This document shows, in pieces, positions 10,003 through 18,460 of a DNA stretch of 20,000 nucleotides. A program made the position numbers and the translations under genes. The notes beneath the pieces are model-generated. The model was not told the DNA's origin. It was given only the letters and a program-made list of their open reading frames with translations, and searched no databases. The DNA is taken from contig KV454012.1 of assembly GCA_001661245.1 (NCBI GenBank), positions 2,173,614-2,193,613 of the forward strand, in the 5' to 3' direction. How positions within the stretch are numbered: position 1 is the first letter of the stretch; every line of letters begins with the position of its first letter. Origin of the DNA: Pachysolen tannophilus NRRL Y-2460. Lineage: Eukaryota.

Positions 10003-10004
<2 letters not shown>
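8316..10004 (-). CDS. C2H2 zinc-finger + Fungal_trans transcription factor (Adr1/Mxr1/Tda9-like architecture), N-terminal part; exons 10004-9878, 9805-9736, 9648-8316; homologous sequence ends at ~8368
   Basis: Splicing two introns gives finger 1 CSHPGCDKSFARVDYLLRHKGNH and finger 2 CRQCQxGFARKDLLIKHFKSKSH. Then LYWNEFNSIYPIIHFPTF, WNDWILYETSKRTAFFAYICD and LELPCTDNVW (Fungal_trans). After WPNFL the frame runs into poly-A-derived sequence (LKLWFSFFFFSFFIFH*). Confidence 0.88.
9649..9735 (-). other. Spliceosomal intron 2 of the C2H2 TF (87 nt)
   Basis: GTTAGT donor, TACTAAG branch variant, pyrimidine tract and TAG acceptor. Removal completes finger 2 in frame with the long ORF. Confidence 0.85.
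9806..9877 (-). other. Spliceosomal intron 1 of the C2H2 TF (72 nt)
   Basis: GTATGC donor, TACTAAC branch point (9824-9818) and TAG acceptor. Removal creates the last His of zinc finger 1. Confidence 0.9.

Positions 10005-10034
<30 letters not shown>
10003..10034. repeat. Interrupted (AT)n microsatellite abutting the start codon of the C2H2 TF
   Basis: ATATATATACATATATATATATATATATATAT seen directly. Confidence 0.85.
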
Positions 10035-10490
10035 CTAATTATGTTTAATTTGATAGTATAATCTATAAGAGAAGGATCGCTATCTGAAAATTGTCAAATT
10101 TAGGCGAAATTTTTTTTCAATTAAAAAAAATAAATAAATACAAAAAAAAAACGGATTGAAGTCTTTCGTTCCTTAGTTATTTAATATTTAATATTAGTCC
10201 AGATAAAATTTCCTCTCTGAGGTTTTTTATTTAAAGTAAAATATTTATCATACAGTACTGAAACACTGGCCTTCTGTTTACAAGCTGTACAGATTCCCGA
10301 ATCGAAGAAATAAAAGAAGAATATAAAAAGTAGAAAAAGTATAAAGATAAAAAAGATAGATAAAATAAAATAAAGTAAAATAAAATAAAAAATTAAGAAA
10401 AAAAAGAAGAGAAAAGAAAAGACAAGAAATAGGGACAAACCAAATTGTAAGATTATCCTTGAAACGAATATTATTTAAAGATTTTAAAAA

Positions 10491-12041
10491 TTAGTAGGAA
10501 TATTTAAACTCCAAATTCTCCATATCTGTTAAGTCAGCAAATTCGGAATTTGGAATTTTTTGATAACTGTCACCTAATTCCAGTATTTTCTTAGCCTTCT
10601 TTTTATTTCTTAATGAAATGATGGTCAACATCAAAGAAGGAGCAATTAAACACAATGTGAAAGTAGATACCATAACTTTCTTTGCTGTTGGATAATTATC
10701 TTCACTTTCTGAACCTAAGAAAGTTTGTGGTCCAATCATATTACCAGCACAGAATCCAATTAAAAATACAGAGTTTAACGTAATTTTTTTAGTATAACCA
10801 GCAACATTTGTTGAAATACAAGAAGCCATAGTTGCATAACTAGCAGTAGAAAAATAAGACAAATAGTAACCAACCATTTGAGCTCCTTTAGGAGAACTGA
10901 AAGCCAATAAACAAAGTCCTGTGAACATACAAGAATTTATGAAAAGACACATTGCAAGTCTACTAGGAACAAATTTTTGTTGAATAAATGCAAACAATAA
11001 TGGGAAAACAATATCAATTCCACTTCCAACCATGTTCATCAAAAGAGCATTTCCAGTAGAGAATCCAAAATTATCTTTCAATAAGATTGATCCGAAATTA
11101 CCAATACCTCCATTTGGTATACCATAACCAATCATATAGAAAAGGAAAAGATATGTATTAGGATCCATTAATGCTTCTTTAAATTGATACATCTTGAAAT
11201 AATGATTTCCAAAACCTTGATTATTAATTCTGATTCTTTCAACAACATAAACTTTTTCCTTTTCATTCAAAAACCAAGCTTTAACTGGAACATCAGGAAT
11301 ATGCAAATATGAAACAACAGCAAAGAAAATAGTAATCACACCTGTAATTATATATAAAAGTCTCCAAGATGCAATCGCATTACTACCTCCATGTTTATAC
11401 AAGCCATAAGCAATTCCTGAACCTAACATTGTACCAAAACCTTCGAATCCCAACCAAACACCACATCTAACATATTGTTCAGATTTTTTGTACCATTGAG
11501 AAGTTAAAAGAATATAAGCTGGAGTCATAAAACTTTCAAATATCCCAAGCAATGTACGACAAGCAAGAAATGATGCTGCTGAATGACAGGCACCGTGACA
11601 ACAAATAACAACTCCCCAAGCAAGAATAGCCAGAGCTAAAGTTTTCGATAAGGGAAACCTTTGCAACAGCATGTTTGCCGGAAATTCAAAAATTAAAAAA
11701 CCAAGATAGAAAGAACTCGCAACCCATGAATATTCGCTACTACTCATGTTCAAATCCGTTTGTAAACCCATAATAGAAGCATATGAATTAGTCGACTTAT
11801 CCATAAGTTGAATAGACATCAATATCGACATAATTGGCATAATGTAGCAATCAATTTTACGAACAAGTTTTCTTTCAAACTCTTCATCGATTTCGATTTC
11901 CGGATCCTCGACAGCATACTTGTAAGCTAAATCAGCTTTTTTTTCATTAAATTCAACAGTCGTTAAAGATACAACATTTGTAACTGCTGCATGCTTTTCT
12001 AAATCAATAGCGCTACTTCTGGAAACAGCAGATTCAACCAT
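10491..12041 (-). CDS. MFS transporter, anion:cation symporter / allantoate permease (Dal5/Yct1-like) family
   Basis: 516 aa with LVRKIDCYIMP, QLMDKS, YSWVASSFYLG, EFP..LQRFP, RTLLGIFES, WYKKSEQ, SWRLLY, PD.P..AWFL, NVAGYTKK, GNMIGPQTF and the C-terminal FADLTDMENLEFKYSY. Confidence 0.95.
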   Translation of the reverse strand: MVESAVSRSSAIDLEKHAAVTNVVSLTTVEFNEKKADLAYKYAVEDPEIEIDEEFERKLVRKIDCYIMPIMSILMSIQLMDKSTNSYASIMGLQTDLNMSSSEYSWVASSFYLGFLIFEFPANMLLQRFPLSKTLALAILAWGVVICCHGACHSAASFLACRTLLGIFESFMTPAYILLTSQWYKKSEQYVRCGVWLGFEGFGTMLGSGIAYGLYKHGGSNAIASWRLLYIITGVITIFFAVVSYLHIPDVPVKAWFLNEKEKVYVVERIRINNQGFGNHYFKMYQFKEALMDPNTYLFLFYMIGYGIPNGGIGNFGSILLKDNFGFSTGNALLMNMVGSGIDIVFPLLFAFIQQKFVPSRLAMCLFINSCMFTGLCLLAFSSPKGAQMVGYYLSYFSTASYATMASCISTNVAGYTKKITLNSVFLIGFCAGNMIGPQTFLGSESEDNYPTAKKVMVSTFTLCLIAPSLMLTIISLRNKKKAKKILELGDSYQKIPNSEFADLTDMENLEFKYSY

Positions 12042-12139
12042 CCTAATATTGCTTCAACTACTAGGTACTCTTGGAGTAGTGATGTTTTTTGATGTCGATC
12101 TTATTTTGAAAGTCATAAGCTTTATATACGTTTATGAAA

Positions 12140-12380
12140 ACATATATCAATAGATATGAGTATCTGTTTATCTATCTTTCTATCCGACGTAAAAAATAAT
12201 CGTAGAGATTCCTCGATTTGGATCAAGAGAAAGCCAAGAAACTGTGGTGATGTAAAATGTAAAGTGTAACCTAAATTCATATCGATAAAGTTTCCTTTTT
12301 GGGACCTATCAGCAATATTTTTGGCCGATAAATCTTTTTGACTCTGAAAAATTTTTTAGTGATAGCGATGCGTCGTATCA
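12140..12380. promoter_or_regulatory. Divergent promoter (MFS / flavocytochrome b2-like) with many GATA/TATC elements and one AAACTGTGG
   Basis: Numerous GATA/TATC words, including TTATC and two CGATAAA; AAACTGTGG at 12239-12247. Confidence 0.5.
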
Positions 12381-12616
12381 GTTTCCTCTTTGGAGCTACA
12401 ATGCATAATATTGCATATTTTGTTGATGATGTTGATTCATTTGAAAAATTGAACCCTACAATAACTACAATAACATATGGTTCGACTTGAAAAATGGCCT
12501 ATATGACTAACGTTCTAAGCAAATATATAACCTTTCCATTTATTCTCAGAACTTCTTTTTTTTTTTTCTCTTTTTTTCTTTCTTTTTGCTTTACCAAAAA
12601 AAAAAAAAAAGCAATT

Positions 12617-14332
12617 ATGTTGAGATTGATATTGAATGCAAGCGGAGCAAAATCGCTAGGCAAATCTAAAGTTTCCAAGTTTCTAGAAATTGGTTTTCAA
12701 GGATCTAGGAATACTATGAGAAAATATCATTCTGATAGTAACTATAATTTGAGATTGATATCAGAGAATAAGTCGAAATACTCTAGAATCTTGTACTATT
12801 TTCTGGCAGCAGCGTTAGCTCTCGGAACAAACCAGTATTTTGAAAATTCACATGTTTCTTGTGAAAATGAAAAAAGCATCAATGTATCTGAGCTTGTAAA
12901 GCACAACACAAAAGACAATTTATGGGTTGCAGTGAATGGAAAAGTTTATGATTTAACCGAATTCCTGCAGAAACATCCTGGTGGATCAGCTGCCATTTTG
13001 GAATTTGCAGGTAGAGATGCATCGAATGCATTTAATCAAATACATAGAAAAGATTTGATCCCGTTTGTGTTGCTGGAGGAAAAATTTTTGGGACACTTGG
13101 TAGGCAAGTTACCTGAAGAGGAAGTTGAACTCTCAGAAGAAGAGATTTTAAGACTTAAAAACATTAGAAACAAACCACCGCTTCATAAAATATTCAGTAT
13201 TACAGATATGGAATATGTTGCTAAACATGTGTTACCTAAAAGTACTTACAATTATTTTGCAACGGGTTCAGAAGATGAATTTACTTTGAGAGAAGGCCAT
13301 TACGCTTACTCAAGAGTTTATTTTCGTCCAAGAATTTTATGCGATGTCCGTGAAGTTGATTTATCAACAACAATGTTAGGAACAAAAGTAGCTATACCAA
13401 TTTATTTTTCTGCTACCGGTGGACAAGGAAGAGCACACCCGGAAGCAGAAAAAATAATCACTCGTGTTGCTAAGAAACATGGAATGGTACAAATGATCCC
13501 CTTTCTTTCGAAATGGCCAGTAGAAGAAATCGTGGCAGAAGCTGATCCTAATCAGGATCAATGGTTTCAACTTCATTTTAATTCTCTTGAAACGTTTAAA
13601 AAGGCACCAGAAATAATTAAAAAAATAAATTCTTTACCAAATATTAAAGCATTAATGCTTAATGTTGATTGTCCATGTTCTCCTATTAGGGAGAAAGATA
13701 TCAGAACAAGAGCGGAAGCTACAGGTGCCGATGTAGAGCAGTTAGCGTCAATATCTGACCCAAACAACGTTTATGCAACATTAACGTGGGAAGACATAGC
13801 AAACTTCAGAAAAATGACTGATTTGCCAATTGTTTTGAAAGGAGTCCAGAGAACTGAAGATGTTTTAAAAGCAGCAGAGCTAGGATATAACGGTGTTATT
13901 CTTTCCAATACAGGTGGTAGACTGTTGGATTTTTCACAACCTACTTTAGAAGTCTTAGCTGAGACGATGCCAGAATTGAGAAAGCAACCATATTACAATA
14001 AGGATAAGTTTCAAGTTTACATTGACGGAGGTATTAGAAGATCAACAGACGTTGTAAAAGCACTATGTTTAGGTGCTACAGGAGTTGGAATTGGAAGGCC
14101 GTTTTTGTATTCTATGTCTTCTTATGGTGAAGATGGTGTTAACAAATTAATTGAGATTTTAAAAGTTGGCTTATCAAAGGACATGAAGCTCTTAGGTGCA
14201 AAAAATGTCGATGAATTAGACGAGAGTTTTTTGAATTTGAAGGATCTCTATAATAGAGGAAAAGCTCAGGATAAATTATACGATGCACTATATGATTCCC
14301 TTCCTTTCCCAAAATTTGAAGAAGATACCTAA
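12617..14332 (+). CDS. Flavocytochrome b2 (Cyb2)-like protein: mitochondrial presequence + cytochrome b5 domain + FMN-dependent alpha-hydroxy-acid dehydrogenase domain, with a non-canonical active site
   Basis: Probable start is ATG 12617 (MLRLILNAS..., 571 aa), since the upstream in-frame part is poly-T/poly-A. Basic presequence plus hydrophobic stretch, KHN..LWVAVNGKVYDLTEF..HPGG, FRPRIL.DV, LNVD.P..REKD, PIVLKGVQ, SNTGGR.LD, YIDGGIRR.TDVVKALCLGA.GVGIGRPFLY. Confidence 0.93.
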   Translation: MLRLILNASGAKSLGKSKVSKFLEIGFQGSRNTMRKYHSDSNYNLRLISENKSKYSRILYYFLAAALALGTNQYFENSHVSCENEKSINVSELVKHNTKDNLWVAVNGKVYDLTEFLQKHPGGSAAILEFAGRDASNAFNQIHRKDLIPFVLLEEKFLGHLVGKLPEEEVELSEEEILRLKNIRNKPPLHKIFSITDMEYVAKHVLPKSTYNYFATGSEDEFTLREGHYAYSRVYFRPRILCDVREVDLSTTMLGTKVAIPIYFSATGGQGRAHPEAEKIITRVAKKHGMVQMIPFLSKWPVEEIVAEADPNQDQWFQLHFNSLETFKKAPEIIKKINSLPNIKALMLNVDCPCSPIREKDIRTRAEATGADVEQLASISDPNNVYATLTWEDIANFRKMTDLPIVLKGVQRTEDVLKAAELGYNGVILSNTGGRLLDFSQPTLEVLAETMPELRKQPYYNKDKFQVYIDGGIRRSTDVVKALCLGATGVGIGRPFLYSMSSYGEDGVNKLIEILKVGLSKDMKLLGAKNVDELDESFLNLKDLYNRGKAQDKLYDALYDSLPFPKFEEDT

Positions 14333-14508
14333 ACTTTGTTGTCAGAAAATCTAGATTAGACTAAACTAAAAGATCCAAAAAGGATAATCAAAAATTGTTA
14401 TTTTTGTTTGTTTTCTTAAAACCGTTGCTATTTGCTATTTATTAATTTTTTTTTGTTTTTCAATAGAGTGAGCGCTAAGTAAGTGCTTTCAGATAATCTT
14501 AGTTTATT

Positions 14509-14535
14509 TAACTTAATATAACTTAATATAACTTA
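14509..14535. repeat. Short tandem repeat (TAACTTAATA x ~2.7) overlapping the stop codon of the Zn2Cys6 gene
   Basis: taacttaata taacttaata taactta seen directly. Confidence 0.7.
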
Positions 14536-16721
14536 TACATATGCAGGTAATACTAGTCCATCGGCTTCTGCAATTTCGCACCAATTAACATATGTCATGC
14601 CATTTTGGTTTAATGTCCAAACTTTTTGTGTCAACTTAATGATAGTCAAAAATTTTTCACTTTTTCTAATTTCATATATGTCGTAAAGATTTTCAACAAA
14701 CCATTTCCTGTAATTATCACCAATCAAATCACATCCAAAAACAAATATTGGCAAAATCAAGTAAAAATTAAAATCTTCATTCTGTTCGTCGAGATAACTT
14801 TTGAATATTTCAGTTAGAATTGGTAACGATCGCCTTACCAGTAGTATCGTCGCCGTTGATGACGAATTATTATTGTAAATTAACTGAGATATAAAGAGAT
14901 AACATACTTCTTTTGAGAATAAAAACAAATTCTCAATAGGTGTGAAGCTCAGTTCTGTATCAGATTCAGCTGACTCTGTTGAAATAGTAACTAAATCTAG
15001 CTGCTGCTCAAGATCCTTAGCTTCTGATAAAACTCTCAGAAGACTGTCCTCATGCATTACACCGTAGTCATTAATGTTGGACGATATTTCACTGCCATTT
15101 CCACATTTTGCTACTCGTAGCAAATTAGATAAATGTGATATTCTGCCATAAATTTTGAATAGTCTTTTCCAGTTTTTGTAAGCTAAACTATCATGTTCCT
15201 GCACTGATATTTCGTATATATATTTGAATTCATCTGCAGTTAAAAAATACCGATCATTTACCAACGAAGTACTATAATTAAAATTTGACAAGTAATAATA
15301 GCTGAAAACTCGAGAAAAAAAGGATCCCGTAGAAGTCTTTGTTAAATTCTCTACACCTCCTCTTAATGATATCATTTTTCCCATTAAGTTTACGAGTCCA
15401 AACCAATATTTAGCAGTATTTTCAGCTTTGAGGTTTTCAATATATAACAATAGCAAAACAATAGACATGGTATGATCACAGCAAACAGCAGACCTAAAGC
15501 TCAATCTGTGATTTAATTCAACTATTATTTCATTATATAAATTCTCAATTATGTTGGATGCGTCCTTTAGCTTGCTTTCAGAAGATTTGCTGCTGTGCAA
15601 ATTCCAAGCAGACCATAATAATAAAGTTTTGAAAACAGTAACATTACTGAAAGCTAACGGAAGATAAACGGTCAAGATCAATGTTGTTTTCTGTTTTGCA
15701 AGGAAACTATTTGAGCACGACGAAAAATACAATTTATTGGTTTCATTGGGGAAATTTTCACAAAAATTGAAAAATAACAACTCAATGATATCTGAAGTTA
15801 AGTATGGGGGTAGATTCCCTAATTCCAATAAAAATTGGCGTTCGTTTTCATTTTTTGTTGGAAGAGAATCATTGAAATTAATGAAGGAAGGAGCTTCAAG
15901 GTATAAAATATTTTTTAATGATTCAGCATTTACTTCAACAAGCTGAAGATTTTTATCATTAGTAGCATCTTTTGGTTTCTTCTTGCGACTAATGACTGAC
16001 CCTCCATTATATTGTAAAAGATAAAAGTAATGGTTATCATCCAAATCATTTCCAGGAACTTCATCTCCTTCAAAGCAGTTTAACAACATTTTTTTCAGCA
16101 CTTCTTTCAGCTTTACTTTATCATAGCCATATATGATTTTACTATTCTCGTCAATCAATGTGTCCTCATTTATTATTGGTATTTCTTGCATAGTTTCATA
16201 TAAAATATTTTTCTGATCTGCATTGACCACAATTTGCTTTTTTTCATATAATTTAGTTAATCCAACAGAACCTATGGTTGATGTATACGTAGATCCAGCA
16301 CCTGAGCTTTGATGGTTACATTTAAAATAAGTTTTAACAACTTCAGCAGCGATGACTAAGCTCTGATTACTGGTAAGATATCTAATTTCAATCGATAATC
16401 CACCAGTGACTGTTTTAAGAAACGGTTCTTCAAAAGCATCTTTTTTTCCAGGGAGCTTTCTGGTCTTCTTTTGATCCAGTCCATCAAAGTGAATAATTTT
16501 AATATCCGGTATCTCACAGGGAATATTCTTTTTTGAACAATATGAACAGCTGGTGGAGCCTCTGGTAATATCACATTTTTTACTGTAAAGATGAATTTTC
16601 ATTTTAAGATTAGTACACCTATCATTGAAACCCGTATGAACTTGATCTATACATACTTTCGAGACTTGCACAGCAAACATCCGCGTCGCTGAATACTTCC
16701 TTTTCTGATCCTCTTCAACAT
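14533..16721 (-). CDS. Zn(II)2Cys6 transcription factor with a Fungal_trans_2-like C-terminal domain; exons 16721-16657 and 16582-14533
   Basis: The spliced N-terminus MLKRIRKGSIQRRGCLxCKSRNKKCDITRGSTSCSYCSKKNIPC contains all six Cys. C-terminal LPIFVFGCD..RKWF..KVW..NW resembles PF11951-type factors. The track's N-terminus (MFAVQV..) reads through the intron. Confidence 0.88.
16583..16656 (-). other. Spliceosomal intron within the zinc cluster (74 nt)
   Basis: GTATGT donor, TACTAAT branch point and TTTACAG acceptor. Removal joins Cys1-2 to Cys3-6 in frame. Confidence 0.9.
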
Positions 16722-16853
16722 CCTATGGCATTAAAGTGTATTTCTTGTTTTCTGATAATACCAACCAACCATCTTGGATTAATCTGCATTATTTTTATAT
16801 TTTGCCTTCATCGGCAAAGGAAAATCACAATGTCCCAAATAGGCAACTTTTAA

Positions 16854-16902
16854 GATAAAGAAAAGATATCATGAATTCTTACAATCGTTGAGAGTATAAA
16901 AG
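16854..16902 (+). promoter_or_regulatory. GATAAA/GATATC elements and TATA box (TATAAAAG, 16895-16902) upstream of the FAD oxidase
   Basis: Consensus TATAWAWR about 80 nt upstream of ATG 16979, with GATA words just upstream. Confidence 0.5.
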
Positions 16903-16978
16903 AGTTTACTAGGAATATGATTAACTTTTACTCATAATATTCCATCTAAAAATAATTAGAAACTAGGGAAGTAAAGTT

Positions 16979-18460
16979 ATGACTCAGAAAGTAGAAAAAA
17001 ACACAAAAATTATCATTGTTGGTGCAGGTGCCTTTGGAATTTCCTCTGCTTACCATCTTGCTAAAAACGGGTATAACGATGTCACCGTTTTTGATAAACA
17101 GCCATATGATGTTAACTATTACGAGTCGGTAACAGACGTTGCAGATGCGGCATCTAGTGATTTGAATAAAATTGTTAGATGCTCTCACTATGATGATGAT
17201 TATCAACAATTGGCTTTAAAGTCTATTTTAGAATGGGAACAATGGAATGATTTGATTGCAAAAGCCAAAGATTTACCGCTGGGCCTAACGAATGATTTCC
17301 CAGTTTACGTGAAATCAGGGTATACCAGATACTATACTGAAGACATGTCAAAAAATCAAAAAGAAATATCGAGTAATGATTCCTTTTCGAGATTAGGATT
17401 AAGTGCAACACAATTTGAACTTGAAGATTCTAAAGACCTGTTTAGAGCAAAATTTACTGGATTAAGCAAGAAGTTGGATCCATTGGATTTAAAAGGGAAA
17501 TTAGATGAGAAGGGTGAACCTATTAAATCTCATTTAGATATTACTGCTGGGTTTGCGTATGCATCAAGAGCTACTTATTTTTGTTATTATTTAGCGAAAA
17601 AACATGGTGTTAAATTTTTCTTGGGACCTGAGAGAGGTGCATTCCAAGATTTTTTAAAAGAAAACAATAAGGTAAAGGGAATAACCACGAAGGATGGAAA
17701 ATCGCATTTTGCCGAAGTGGTAATTGTTGCATGTGGTGCTTGGTCACCTTCATTGGTTCCTGAATTACAACCTATTAACCAAGCAACTTCAGGCAATATA
17801 GTTTTGATTCATATTCCGGATGAACGTAAAGATTTATTAGAAAAATATAGTGTCAAAAATTTTCCAGTAGTTGCTTGGAAATCTTTTGAATTCAGGCAAG
17901 AAGGAGGAGGTGTATTTTTCTTTCCAATTACTGAGCCTGATCATTACTTGAAGTTTGGTGCTAGACATACTAGATGGACAAATCCAGTGAAAACCAAAGA
18001 TGGGAAAGTTATTTCTGTCCCGCTAACTGAGACTTCAGAACCTTCTCATACTGCTATACCTGCTGATGCTTTAAAAACTGTCACTGATTTTATTGAAAAA
18101 TATATGCCTGATGTAGCAGAGTTGCCAATCACTAAAACTAGATTGTGTTGGTACGCCGAGGCGGTAAACAGCGATTTCATTATCGATTGGGTACCAAACG
18201 TCGAAGGTTTATTTATTTGTGGTGGCGCCAGTGCTCATGGCTTCAAATTCTTACCAACTATTGGTGAGTTTACAGTCAATGTTTTGGAAGGTGTTAAAAA
18301 CAAATATACCGAAAAATTTTCATGGAGAAAACCAGAAGATAACCCTAGTGACATTGAAAAATTTAAGAATGTCTTGGAGCATAATACTTTAAGCTCAATT
18401 GACTTGAAGTCAATTGACGGTACTTGTGAAAAATTTGAAAAACTTCAATTGAAGCAATAG
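16979..18460 (+). CDS. FAD-dependent amine oxidase of the sarcosine oxidase / L-pipecolate oxidase / fructosyl-amino-acid oxidase family
   Basis: 493 aa with IIVGAGAFG (Rossmann), AASSDLNKIVR, VIVACGAWS, TRLCWY (Cys at the covalent-flavinylation position), DFIID and GGASAHGFKFLPTIG. Confidence 0.93.
   Translation: MTQKVEKNTKIIIVGAGAFGISSAYHLAKNGYNDVTVFDKQPYDVNYYESVTDVADAASSDLNKIVRCSHYDDDYQQLALKSILEWEQWNDLIAKAKDLPLGLTNDFPVYVKSGYTRYYTEDMSKNQKEISSNDSFSRLGLSATQFELEDSKDLFRAKFTGLSKKLDPLDLKGKLDEKGEPIKSHLDITAGFAYASRATYFCYYLAKKHGVKFFLGPERGAFQDFLKENNKVKGITTKDGKSHFAEVVIVACGAWSPSLVPELQPINQATSGNIVLIHIPDERKDLLEKYSVKNFPVVAWKSFEFRQEGGGVFFFPITEPDHYLKFGARHTRWTNPVKTKDGKVISVPLTETSEPSHTAIPADALKTVTDFIEKYMPDVAELPITKTRLCWYAEAVNSDFIIDWVPNVEGLFICGGASAHGFKFLPTIGEFTVNVLEGVKNKYTEKFSWRKPEDNPSDIEKFKNVLEHNTLSSIDLKSIDGTCEKFEKLQLKQ

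Noticed and set aside
10200..10310. Less AT-rich island between the C2H2 TF and the MFS gene as a possible ncRNA
   Set aside because: I could not identify tRNA, snoRNA box or stable hairpin features. It is more simply the TF promoter, which contains GATAA words.
12494..12616. 41-aa N-terminal extension of the Cyb2-like ORF
   Set aside because: It is encoded by poly-T/poly-A promoter-like sequence. ATG 12617 begins a plausible mitochondrial presequence.
3974..17796. Small ORFs overlapping the main genes (3974, 4948, 6572, 6772, 8398, 8609, 13376, 13573, 14626, 15737, 16356, 16946, 17223, 17587)
   Set aside because: These are antisense or off-frame shadows of well-supported CDSs and have no motifs.
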